A DNA stretch of 63,819 bases, counting the filler. It is 7 parts of 7 records of this genome, joined end to end, with 100 filler letters (N's around TTAATTAATTAA, not from the genome) between each part and the next. Parts side by side here need not be neighbours in the genome. Positions count along the whole stretch, not along the records: positions 6,356 to 11,778 come from SRR31147125_36821; positions 11,879 to 19,771 come from SRR31147125_36903; 5 more parts are not named here. The stretch is one strand, 5' to 3'. The translations under genes and the position numbers were made by a program. The notes under the pieces were generated by a model. That model did not search any database. It was given only the letters and a program-made list of their open reading frames with translations, and was not told the origin of the DNA. Positions 10,575-19,871 of this stretch are shown piece by piece (positions within the stretch are counted from its first letter, which is position 1; every line of letters begins with the position of its first letter).

Positions 10575-11432
10575 TTATTGGGCCTTAATTAATATTTCTT
10601 GTTCCAAACACTTTTTGTATTTATGAAACAAAGATAACAACACTTCAAGCTCTTCATTAATGGAAAGTGTTGCTGAAGTGTTTGATTTATATTGACTATC
10701 GTATAGTTTTTTATTGCCATACGTATTTAAAAGTTCTTCAATATTTTCAGGAATATAAAAGGAGGCTTTGTCTTTCAAATATTGGAGATATTCATCCCTG
10801 AAAATCCGTATTCCTTCGAAGTCAAAATCGCCAAAATGTAAATATTTATTTGGTATATTCTGCAGCCAGGTAACTAAATCTTTCGATTGTGGATACCGGC
10901 TAACAAACAAAATTTGTTCAGCATTAAAAAGGTGTTTTTGTGTACGAATGAACCTGAAATTTTCCGGATTTTCGATGCCAACAATTAGTGTGTCTGGTGG
11001 AATTACAAAGGCTTCAAAGTCATGAATATAAGTATAAGTTCCATCTTGCGGTTTAATTACAAAACTTTGTCCGTTTATGTTGGCATTAAGCGGAGAAAAA
11101 CAATTCACCAGAAATCCTTTAAAAGTTCTGCGGTTGGACGATTTTGAATCGGATGAAGCAACAATGTTTTCAGCTCGCGAAGTGCCACAGTCCAAATTGT
11201 TGATATAATTATTCAGGTTGTTTATGCCCAAATGGTTGCTTAAAAAGTTGGTAACCGCCTCAGGGTTGGGCGCAAATATGCTTTTCCGGCTTCTACCTTG
11301 TAATTTTATTTGCAGGATGCCATCATCAAGCATTTGCTTAACAACTTTGCTTTTCAATTGGCCAAAAGGAATGCTTTCTCCTTCTATGAGTTGCTGTATT
11401 TTTTTCGCTATGCCAAGGGTAAGTTTCGTCAT
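10575..11432 (-). CDS. TOPRIM-domain protein of the Topo VI-A / Wadjet JetD (MksG)-like class
   Basis: GIENPENF and YLHFGDFDFEGIRIF (conserved E and DxD), C-terminal LEQE. Confidence 0.7.
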   Translation of the reverse strand: MTKLTLGIAKKIQQLIEGESIPFGQLKSKVVKQMLDDGILQIKLQGRSRKSIFAPNPEAVTNFLSNHLGINNLNNYINNLDCGTSRAENIVASSDSKSSNRRTFKGFLVNCFSPLNANINGQSFVIKPQDGTYTYIHDFEAFVIPPDTLIVGIENPENFRFIRTQKHLFNAEQILFVSRYPQSKDLVTWLQNIPNKYLHFGDFDFEGIRIFRDEYLQYLKDKASFYIPENIEELLNTYGNKKLYDSQYKSNTSATLSINEELEVLLSLFHKYKKCLEQEILIKAQ

Positions 11433-11778
11433 TTTCTCTTTAGTTCTTCAATTCTTTTGATATCAATATGGCGCGTTGCGTATGCTTCTTCAACATTTCT
11501 ATTGCCACTTTTACTATATCGAAGTATTTGTTGCTTGTGTTTTACAATTGTTTTGCTTGGTTTTAATCCCAGTTCTCTTGAATGTTTTCTTATGGCTTTT
11601 CCTATTAAAGTAAGCTTACTCAAATTTACCTGGCACGCTCTTTCTAAATATTCGATTTGCCCTTTCCTCCATGCCTGATAGTCTTTTGGACTCAGGTAAT
11701 TGAGTTGAAGCAGAATGTTTGTTACATCAACATAACCTTTTTCGTATCGGTTTTGATGCACTAATTGTTTAACTTTTT
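11429..11778 (-). CDS. Small basic hypothetical protein, 5' end probably cut by spacer
   Basis: ORF overlaps the TOPRIM start by 4 nt; DYQAWRKGQIEYLERAC and LRYSKSG; K/R-rich. Confidence 0.65.
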
Positions 11779-11878
11779 NNNNNNNNNNNNNNNNNNNNNN
11801 NNNNNNNNNNNNNNNNNNNNNNTTAATTAATTAANNNNNNNNNNNNNNNNNNNNNNNNNNNNNNNNNNNNNNNNNNNN
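11779..11878. other. Artificial contig spacer
   Basis: N-run + TTAATTAATTAA + N-run. Confidence 0.98.
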
Positions 11879-12312
11879 GTTATTGCACATGAAAAACCAT
11901 CGTCATATCCGCTGCGACGCATCGCCTCGATTTCCATCAATCCCAGACCTGACGCATCGGCAGTAGCTGCTCCAGTCATCCCGGAAAAGATCAAGGATGC
12001 AAGGATATTCACATGGCCTAATCCGCCCTTCCATCTTCCTACAAGCGTATTTGCCCACTTGAAAATTAAATCTGTAACTCCACCGCTATTCATCACTTTA
12101 GCCGCAAAAATAAAGAGTGGAATGGCAAGCATGACATATTTAATATATACCTGACTCACAAATTGAACCGCAACAAGATCCAGTGCTGCCGCAGGAGACG
12201 AATTCAGGATACAGTAGAAAATCGATGCAATCATCATCCCTAGCGCAATCGGCATCCGAATAAGAAAACAGATAACAAAAATAGCAACCATCACAAGCAA
12301 AGGAATATTCAT
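11879..12312 (-). CDS. dctM: TRAP transporter large permease, N-terminal part
   Basis: LAIPLFIFAA, GGLGHVNILASLIFSGMTG; cut by spacer. Confidence 0.92.
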
Positions 12313-12314
12313 AG

Positions 12315-12814
12315 TTATTTATTATCTCCTTTCCGAAACGTTAATAGTATATTAATCAGCCGCAAGAAATATCTAATAGTCATGCTGGTAAGAAAAAGCA
12401 TATATGGGAAGAAAATGAAGCTGTAGCGCAGAAAGCGAAGCGTTTCAGATCGTTTAAAATTCATAAATGTGATGTATTTCAACGATGGAACCCAGGATAT
12501 TGAAAAAGCCGTTACCAATAGAAGACAAGCAATGATATCAAATATTTTTTCCCTTTCTCAGACTGTTTATCATAGATTAGAGAGAAACTGATTATTTCCC
12601 TACTGCGTTCCGCGTAACAGGCACTAAACAGAATAATCCATAAATAACACAAAAGTGTTAATTCCGAAGTCCAGACTATTGGGGTAAAAAAGTATCTTGT
12701 TACGATTTGAAACAAGAAAGTGATAAACATCAGGATAAACATCGTTGTCGGAATATAGATTTCAAAAACATCCAACAATATGTTCCATATTCTGCTCTTA
12801 AGTATAGCTTTCAT
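12315..12814 (-). CDS. dctQ: TRAP transporter small permease, split by one frameshift at an A-run near 12545
   Basis: QIVTRYFFTPIVWTSEL; two ORFs join at the A-tract; lies between dctP and dctM. Confidence 0.82.
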
Positions 12815-12838
12815 ATTTTCTCTTTTACATGAATTTTA

Positions 12839-12870
12839 CCTGTGGGAGGTATTTGATTCCCTCCCACAGG
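12839..12870 (-). terminator. Stem-loop between dctP and dctQ
   Basis: cctgtgggagg...cctcccacagg inverted repeat. Confidence 0.6.
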
Positions 12871-12881
12871 CAAGAAGTACA

Positions 12882-13892
12882 TTAGTCTGCGAATGAGGCA
12901 ACGATGTCATACAGTTCCCAATCCCAGTATTGTGTTACTGAATCATTGGTTTTATAGTAATTACTTGCATATTCAACAAATGCATCTTGATCAGGTTCAA
13001 CTATCTCAATTCCCTGTTCATTGTAGAAAGCCACAAGATCTTCTTCCTGCTGAATAAACTGTTCGGAAATATGAGCTGAGGCAATAGCTACAGCTTCCTG
13101 TATCCAGGCTTGCTGCTGAGCAGTTAAGCTCTGCCATTTCTCTTCATTGACTGCCATATGCAAATTCCAAACCAGGTGTCCAGTCATAATAACTTTATCG
13201 GCGACTTCATAGAAAGCCATAGCTTTACTAACTACCAGCCCATTATCCTGACCATCGATTGTTCCAGTCTTAAGAGCCATATAGACTTCATTGAAATCTA
13301 CCGGTGTAGGGCTAACACCAAGAGCTTCTCCCAAGGCTGTCCAAGCAGGTCCACCAGGCATTCTGAGCTTGATGCCTTTCATATCTTGGGGAGTGGTTAC
13401 GTCCCAATCAATTCCTGTCAGATGAACATGGCGATTTCCATAGTAGTTGACGCCTAGCGGGCGAACACCAATTTTCTCTGCTATATCGTCATACAGCTCC
13501 TGCCCTCTTTCACTTTCATAGAAACTTTTTGCATGATCATAATCTGTGAAGATGTAAGCTGATTTAAACATACCGCAGTATGGTGCTTCATCATACTGCT
13601 CCATACCCAATTCACCCATATCAAACTTACCCTGCTTGAATGCCGGTAATTGAGCTGATTGGTTGAAAAGCTGGCCTCCATCATATACATCGACAACAAT
13701 CTTTCCACCAGAAATTCTCTCAACCTCTTCTGCAAAGACTTTTGCACCCTGGGCTTGAGGATCAGTGGGTTGCATGATTGTATGATAAACAAGGTTCAGC
13801 ACCTCATCTTCAGCCTGCTCTTCTTCTCCATTTGCGAATACACCAGACATCGCAAAAGCTAACACTAATAAAATCAATAAAGTTCTTTTCAT
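12882..13892 (-). CDS. dctP: TRAP substrate-binding protein
   Basis: Signal peptide ending GVFANG, DMKGIKLRMP, EVYMALKTGTIDGQDN. Confidence 0.92.
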   Translation of the reverse strand: MKRTLLILLVLAFAMSGVFANGEEEQAEDEVLNLVYHTIMQPTDPQAQGAKVFAEEVERISGGKIVVDVYDGGQLFNQSAQLPAFKQGKFDMGELGMEQYDEAPYCGMFKSAYIFTDYDHAKSFYESERGQELYDDIAEKIGVRPLGVNYYGNRHVHLTGIDWDVTTPQDMKGIKLRMPGGPAWTALGEALGVSPTPVDFNEVYMALKTGTIDGQDNGLVVSKAMAFYEVADKVIMTGHLVWNLHMAVNEEKWQSLTAQQQAWIQEAVAIASAHISEQFIQQEEDLVAFYNEQGIEIVEPDQDAFVEYASNYYKTNDSVTQYWDWELYDIVASFAD

Positions 13893-13977
13893 AACATTCC
13901 TCCTGTTAGAACTTATTTTCAGCCGACCTCATTTTGATCTAGCTTATAACCATTTTTTCCGGGTCGCGGCCTTGCCT

Positions 13978-15228
13978 TTAACCCTTTTCAATAATTCTTC
14001 CATCCCGCAAATGAACTAATGCTGTCCAGACATCACCTTCCTGGAAATCAATACTTCCCTGTAACCAGTTTTCCCGAAAATTGATTGAGAATGACTCATC
14101 AAAGCTGGTGTAATACAGGTCTCCATTCTTGAAGAATTCCACATAATCTATAGTTTCCGGGTAAAGTGAAGCCACCCGCAGCCAGCGTTTCCCTTCATAC
14201 GTCATATGGGGTTCCAACCCCTGTAGATAATACTGATCCTCTTCCGCCGGCAGTTCGACATTAATCCCCACTGCCATAGCCATTCTGAGTGCGAAGAAAG
14301 TATCTTCTCCTGGTAGTATTCCCCAATAGGTGGGAGGTTCCTGTTTTGTCATATTGTTGTAATAACCCCAAGAAGTATGGGTTAATTCAGCAACTTTGAT
14401 TTGTCCTATGGCATTGGAGTCTTCGTTACAGATGACAGGTTTATCAGGTGTCCAACCGCGTATATCTTCAACCATGTTGTAAAATTGCTGTCGGGTTTGG
14501 CCATTTGCATGAATTATTACGATATCTGAAGATTCTGAAACTTCTTGATTCCTGAATCCGCCAATACCACTGCAGCCAACCAGCATCCCGCCGGATTCCT
14601 GTCGGGTAAGATCCATGAGATAGGCCATCCCTTCCGGTTCGTGAATAATTTTATGACACTTGTTTGCAGGCAGATCCATTTCGTTGGAGACATTGATCAT
14701 GACATTTGTATAGCCATTATCCCGCAGGAAATTCGAGGCAGTTTTTACGGCATTTCGTACTCCTATACCGTCTTTAATCCTTCTAACCTGATCTCCATAG
14801 AAATAGGTGACGATTACCACCATCCCGATTTCATCTGCGGCCCGAATCAATCTATCCAGTCGTGCAGCGTAGGCTGGGTCGATTGACTTCCCATCCTCTC
14901 CAAACGGATTATTGTTTATGGTAAGATTATTAATCGTGAAACAGGGTCCACCGCCCTGCAGACCAACAGAAAAGGCTCGAAGTCCATAGCTGTACCACTG
15001 CGGCAGCGCTTCAATCAACCTGTCAGTCTGTGCCTCCGGATCCCATTTATCAAATCCATAGCGCGCGAATCTTTCCGGGTTAGCCTTATCATCGAAGATG
15101 CCCTGTATGAATCGTGCGTTCCATAATAGGCCATGGTTTTCCGGTCTACTGCCTTCAATTCCCGAATATGTCAACTTTCCGTTTATCAGGAACTCTCTGC
15201 CTTTAATAGAAATTGTTGTTTTACCCAT
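13978..15228 (-). CDS. Uncharacterised glycoside-hydrolase-like TIM barrel (clan GH-A-like)
   Basis: LDRLIRAADEIGMVVIV, VSNE (putative acid/base), PVICNEDS (putative nucleophile); no signal peptide. Confidence 0.55.
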   Translation of the reverse strand: MGKTTISIKGREFLINGKLTYSGIEGSRPENHGLLWNARFIQGIFDDKANPERFARYGFDKWDPEAQTDRLIEALPQWYSYGLRAFSVGLQGGGPCFTINNLTINNNPFGEDGKSIDPAYAARLDRLIRAADEIGMVVIVTYFYGDQVRRIKDGIGVRNAVKTASNFLRDNGYTNVMINVSNEMDLPANKCHKIIHEPEGMAYLMDLTRQESGGMLVGCSGIGGFRNQEVSESSDIVIIHANGQTRQQFYNMVEDIRGWTPDKPVICNEDSNAIGQIKVAELTHTSWGYYNNMTKQEPPTYWGILPGEDTFFALRMAMAVGINVELPAEEDQYYLQGLEPHMTYEGKRWLRVASLYPETIDYVEFFKNGDLYYTSFDESFSINFRENWLQGSIDFQEGDVWTALVHLRDGRIIEKG

Positions 15229-16158
15229 TCACTCCTCCTCATTATTGAAATCACTATGCGATGTTTTTTCGTAATTTTCCGATTTCAGTTCTTCCGCATA
15301 TAGCAATTGAATCTCTTTTGCATATGCAGCAGCTTTCATAATTTTTTCTTGATCGATTCCGCAATCAAAACCCATGGAAGCAAACATTTTCACTAATTTT
15401 TCTGTGGCTATATTCCCACTGGCATCTTTGGCATAGGGACATCCACCAAGCCCGCCGACAGCAGAATCAAATATTCGCACTCCTGCCGATAAAGCGGCAT
15501 AGGCATTAGCAAACTCGATACCGCTTTGCTGGTGCAGATGCACTGCTACATACTCTTTTGGGAAATGTTTGAGCATTGAATCAACAAGTGCATAGACTTG
15601 ATCCGGGGAAGCAATACCGGTTGTATCACATAATGTAATTCCCTCGTATCCTGCATCAACCAAAGTCTCAGAAATTGAAAGTACTTGTTCTGCGGTAATA
15701 GATTCCTCCGGCAAGTATCCGAAAGCGGTTGCAATATTTACTCGCACCTTAGTACTTTCTTTTCGTGCTCTTTTCCCTATTTTTACAAGCTCTTCCAACG
15801 ACTCTTTAACTGTTCTGTTCACATTGTTCTTATTATGGATTTCACTGGCACTCAGGAATGTCACAACCTCATTGATTCCATTAGCCGCTGCCAAATCATA
15901 ACCTTTCATATTTGGGATCAGTACAAACTTTCGAGCTTGTTCAAACTTCAAGGCCTGCTGAATGATCTCTTTTGCGTCTGCCATTTGAGGGACCCATACT
16001 GGATGTACGAATGCAGTACATTCAAGGTTGAGCGCGCCGGCATCGACAAGCAGCTCCAGCAATCTGACTTTCTTTTCAGTTGGCACAAATTTATTCAGAT
16101 TCTGCAATCCGTCTCGTAATGTGATTTCATGAATTGTGATCGATTCACTAATCTTCAT
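15229..16158 (-). CDS. Hydroxymethylglutaryl-CoA lyase-like enzyme
   Basis: EITLRDGLQN, LCDTTG, VHLHQ, GGLGGCPYA...GNIATE. Confidence 0.88.
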   Translation of the reverse strand: MKISESITIHEITLRDGLQNLNKFVPTEKKVRLLELLVDAGALNLECTAFVHPVWVPQMADAKEIIQQALKFEQARKFVLIPNMKGYDLAAANGINEVVTFLSASEIHNKNNVNRTVKESLEELVKIGKRARKESTKVRVNIATAFGYLPEESITAEQVLSISETLVDAGYEGITLCDTTGIASPDQVYALVDSMLKHFPKEYVAVHLHQQSGIEFANAYAALSAGVRIFDSAVGGLGGCPYAKDASGNIATEKLVKMFASMGFDCGIDQEKIMKAAAYAKEIQLLYAEELKSENYEKTSHSDFNNEEE

Positions 16159-16160
16159 GT

Positions 16161-17573
16161 CTATCCCTTAGTATCCATTCCATCCAGATATGGAGTGAAT
16201 ATTTCCTCTCTTGTTAACGGTTTACGGTCAATTGGTTCCGCTACTCTCGTAATATTCAAATAGTGTTTCTGTGTAATATTTTCTGAAGCCGCATTACCGC
16301 CCCAGGTTCCGCACCCCAATGAAAAGGTAAATGCCAAACCATTGAACCAGTTGCCGCTGTTCGCGGCTCCGTGCGGCTGGCGTACAGTAACCCGACTGGT
16401 TCTTGTCTCCAGCCCCAGTTTCAGAATTCTGTCTTTATCTTTTGAATGGATGCCGCAGGAATGTCCAAGACCGGAGTATCCGGTGATTTCGTTTACTAGC
16501 CGAACTGCATCATCAAATTCCAGATATGTGTAAAGAGAGAGAACCAGTGATAATTTTTCACCGGAAAATGGTGCGTTGGGACCGATAGCATCCTCTTCGA
16601 CCATTAAGAATGTGGTTTGATCCGGGATTTTTATTCCAGCTTCTTCAGCAATGGTTTTTACATCTTTTGCAACTATTTCCCTGCGCAGTTTTCCATCATT
16701 CCACATTGCTTTCTGCAGCTTTTCTTTTTCAGCAGAGGTGCAGCGATAACCACCTTGTTGTTTCAACTTATCGACAAGTTGTTTATAAATGTCTTTTTGA
16801 ATTACGAGTGAATTTTCAGCAGAACAACCAGATGCATTGTCTCCGGTTTTCCCGATTCGGATCATCTCGGCGGTTTTCGATAAATCAGCCGTTTCATCAA
16901 CAACGATAACAGCGTTACCGGCGCCGACTCCATAAGCCGGAGTACCGCAGCTGTATGCCGCTCTGACCATATCGCTGCTGCCCGTGGCCATTATTAAATC
17001 ACACTGCTTCATTATCTCCAGTGACATGATTTTTGATGGTTTATCCACACATATGAAAGCATCTTCGGGTGCTCCGTTCGCTTTCATCACGTTTCTCATA
17101 ATTTCTACTACTTTTACCGTAGTTTTACTGCTTGCCGGATGGGGTCCGAAAACTATGGCATTTCTTCCCCTGAGAGCCAGCATTCCTTTAAAGACAGGTG
17201 TTGCTTCCGGATTGGTACTGGGAATTAAAGCTCCAATGATACCTACTGGTTTAGCTATTTTTGTAATTCCGGTTTTTGCATCGTAATCGATAACTCCAAC
17301 TGTTTTTTCCTGAATGACATCGTTGAAACAGCCCGGTATTTTCTGCGTCATTTTAGCGAACTTAGAATCTATGCGTCCCATTCCTGTTTCTGCAAATGCC
17401 AATTCTGATATCTCTTTTGCTATATCATCTCGCGATAGTGTAAAAGCTATTGCTGCAGCCAGACTGTCTACTCTTTCCTGAGAGTAAGTTTCCAAAATTG
17501 CCTGGGCTTTTCTCGCGCGAATCATCAATGTTTCTATTGCTGTATGATATTCATTTGCCTTATTAATCACCAA
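16161..17573 (-). CDS. CoA-acylating aldehyde dehydrogenase (SauS/AdhE-ALDH-like)
   Basis: PSTNP, ATGS, YGVGAGN, catalytic GCSAEN, GEKLS, GHSCGIHS, LGCGTWGGN. Confidence 0.88.
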   Translation of the reverse strand: MVINKANEYHTAIETLMIRARKAQAILETYSQERVDSLAAAIAFTLSRDDIAKEISELAFAETGMGRIDSKFAKMTQKIPGCFNDVIQEKTVGVIDYDAKTGITKIAKPVGIIGALIPSTNPEATPVFKGMLALRGRNAIVFGPHPASSKTTVKVVEIMRNVMKANGAPEDAFICVDKPSKIMSLEIMKQCDLIMATGSSDMVRAAYSCGTPAYGVGAGNAVIVVDETADLSKTAEMIRIGKTGDNASGCSAENSLVIQKDIYKQLVDKLKQQGGYRCTSAEKEKLQKAMWNDGKLRREIVAKDVKTIAEEAGIKIPDQTTFLMVEEDAIGPNAPFSGEKLSLVLSLYTYLEFDDAVRLVNEITGYSGLGHSCGIHSKDKDRILKLGLETRTSRVTVRQPHGAANSGNWFNGLAFTFSLGCGTWGGNAASENITQKHYLNITRVAEPIDRKPLTREEIFTPYLDGMDTKG

Positions 17574-17597
17574 TTTCTCCTAGTAAGTACAAGTAGA

Positions 17598-18257
17598 CTA
17601 TCTTCTACCGCTATGTTCCAGCAAACTCGTTCTGATACGATGGTGCTGTTTCTGACTGATTCTTCGTGCTAATTCTGGATCACCTTTTTTAACGGCATCC
17701 AATAAATCAATATGTTCCTGATTTGATATTTCTGTATTTGCATAGGACGGTATTACATTGAGTAATGTAATATTCAATTGAGTTCTTATTCGCAATAATG
17801 TTGTTTTGATGAGTTCATTTCCTGTAAGAGCGTATAGTTCACCATGGAATTGTGCATCACTTTCCGACCATGATCGGAAATTTCTATCTTTCGCCAATTC
17901 AACCATCTCATTTAGTTTTTCATCCAGGAAAGAAATAGCTTCTTGAGCTACCCTATCTTCTTTAACTTTTTCAGCAACAAGATATGCTGCCATACCTTCC
18001 AATCCTTCGGCAATTTCATATAACTTAACCAGATCATCTATGGTAAAAGTTTTAATATAGGTGCCTTTTCTGGGTATGATCTCCAATAAACCATCAGAGG
18101 CTAATCTGCGAATAGCATCCCGTACAGGCGTCCTGCTCATTTGCAGTTCATTGGCAATATCTGTTTCAACAACTGGAGCGCCTTGACGTAATTCCTGATC
18201 AATAATTTTTTGTTTTAGAATTGAATACGCTTTATCTGCTTGTGATGTATTCTTCAT
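17598..18257 (-). CDS. GntR family regulator with FCD domain
   Basis: ETDIANELQMSRTPVRDAIRRL wHTH; DAQFH...EH in FCD. Confidence 0.92.
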   Translation of the reverse strand: MKNTSQADKAYSILKQKIIDQELRQGAPVVETDIANELQMSRTPVRDAIRRLASDGLLEIIPRKGTYIKTFTIDDLVKLYEIAEGLEGMAAYLVAEKVKEDRVAQEAISFLDEKLNEMVELAKDRNFRSWSESDAQFHGELYALTGNELIKTTLLRIRTQLNITLLNVIPSYANTEISNQEHIDLLDAVKKGDPELARRISQKQHHRIRTSLLEHSGRR

Positions 18258-18276
18258 AACTATACCCTTTTTTATT

Positions 18277-18312
18277 ATTGTGTACTATATTGTATACAAT
18301 GCGGTACACAAT
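18277..18312. promoter_or_regulatory. 36-bp near-perfect palindrome, probable GntR operator
   Basis: attgtgtac-tat-attgtatacaat-gcg-gtacacaat about 20 nt upstream of the gntR start; TTGTATACAA core is typical of FadR-subfamily operators. Confidence 0.75.
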
Positions 18313-18460
18313 CTGTCAAGGATTATTTATGTAAATTTTATTGCAAGCATCATTACCTACGATGCAAAACTTACTTTTTATATTTGTAAATTCTTATTTG
18401 ATGCAGTGCGGTTTAATTTGTTTTTCTATAATGGATTACATAGTTAAGGCTCTATCCAAC

Positions 18461-18490
18461 AAAAAACCCGTGCTACTCGTACACGGGTTT
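18461..18490 (-). terminator. Intrinsic terminator after tRNA-Gly
   Basis: aaacccgtg...cacgggttt stem followed by a T-tract on the minus strand. Confidence 0.7.
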
Positions 18491-18524
18491 CATAACTCAT
18501 TACCACACAACTAAATAAAAGGGA

Positions 18525-18595
18525 AGCGGCTGACGGGAGTCGAACCCGCGTCACGAGCTTGGGAAGCTCGGGTAATGCCGTTATACGACAGCCGC
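18525..18595 (-). tRNA. tRNA-Gly(CCC), CCA not encoded
   Basis: Reverse complement GCGGCTGTCGTATAACGGCATTACCCGAGCTTCCCAAGCTCGTGACGCGGGTTCGACTCCCGTCAGCCGCT folds as a cloverleaf with anticodon CCC and TTCGA T-loop. Confidence 0.95.
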
Positions 18596-18648
18596 AAAAA
18601 AGACAGAACCTAAAAATATCTTACTCTAATCAGATTTTTGAATCAATA

Positions 18649-19771
18649 TTAATTAAACAGCAAATAATACCCTAAATCAAAATTCTCATTCATACCAATA
18701 CCGACAATCAACTCACCCAGAATCGTATCCAACCCGAACCCGGCAGCCAGCCCGAATCGCACCGAAACCGAATCCCAACCCGGAAATCCATCATACCCAT
18801 TACCAACCCGGAACTGCCCGATGAAATAGGAATCCATCCCGATTGCCTCGGAAATCAGGGGAAAACGCTGCTGATACCCTACCCCCAGCATCAAGGCATC
18901 GGTACAGGCCAGGAACTCGGGAAGATAGCCCGGAATACCATCCCAACCACCCACATCGAAACAGGTCCAGGGAGCTACGATTGCACCCCGAAAAGAACCA
19001 TACATCAAGTCGTACGACAACGTGCTGTTCAGCTCCAACGGAACATGATGCTCATGCCGAATAGAAATCCGGTGATACCACGAGTTTGGGTTGATAAATG
19101 AAAAAGCCAGTTCATGCTCGCTGCGAATACCATCATGCACGAATCGTGATGGAAGACAGTTCTCCCAGGAAATCGTGGGAACCACTAACGGCACAATCTC
19201 GATCGTCTGCAGCTCTTCGGCTCCCGGCGGACCTGAGCGCAGCCACTGAAAATCGACCATGGTATCCAATCCAAATTCAAGAAATGTATTCAGCTGATAC
19301 CCCGAACGAACACCGATATTGATAAATGAAATGATATTCTTTTCCTCGGCACTATTCACCTCGGTGGTATAGCTTCGTTCTCCGCCACTGACATGCGGCT
19401 CGACGAACACTCCTCCCATCAAAGGCATGAAGAAATCGAGGGTAGATATCAGATACTCCTCAAGGTCCAGTTTAATGTGCAGATAAGAATTGCGGTCAAA
19501 CAGCTGCGTCAGTTTCAGTGATGTGGTAAATCCGGGAGAGATATACCAACCCTCCAAATCACTGGATGAACCATACGCGCCATTAAACATGAATCCCGCG
19601 TTAAGACTGTGCCGACCGCGATTTGCCGATATTGGATTCAGCTCCAGCGCCATACTGCCGTCAATTTCACCAGTAAGAGGAGCCAGCCCGAAACTGATGG
19701 ATTCATAGGAGCCGGAAGTAATAATCTGGTTTATACGCAGTTCCGTTCTTTCAATAAGGTCATCGGTAAAG
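18649..19771 (-). CDS. Outer-membrane beta-barrel C-terminal region (Omp85/TamA-like, possibly of a patatin fusion); 5' end cut
   Basis: FDVGGWDGIPGY loop motif, GFGLDTILGEL and aromatic C-terminus. Confidence 0.55.
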
Positions 19772-19871
19772 NNNNNNNNNNNNNNNNNNNNNNNNNNNNN
19801 NNNNNNNNNNNNNNNTTAATTAATTAANNNNNNNNNNNNNNNNNNNNNNNNNNNNNNNNNNNNNNNNNNNN
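19772..19871. other. Artificial contig spacer
   Basis: N-run + TTAATTAATTAA + N-run. Confidence 0.98.

Noticed and set aside
6356-11432. SbcC acting as the SMC partner of the TOPRIM protein in a new Wadjet-like system
   Set aside because: SbcC is a normal Zn-hook Rad50 type with its own SbcD and is on the opposite strand; adjacency alone is not evidence.
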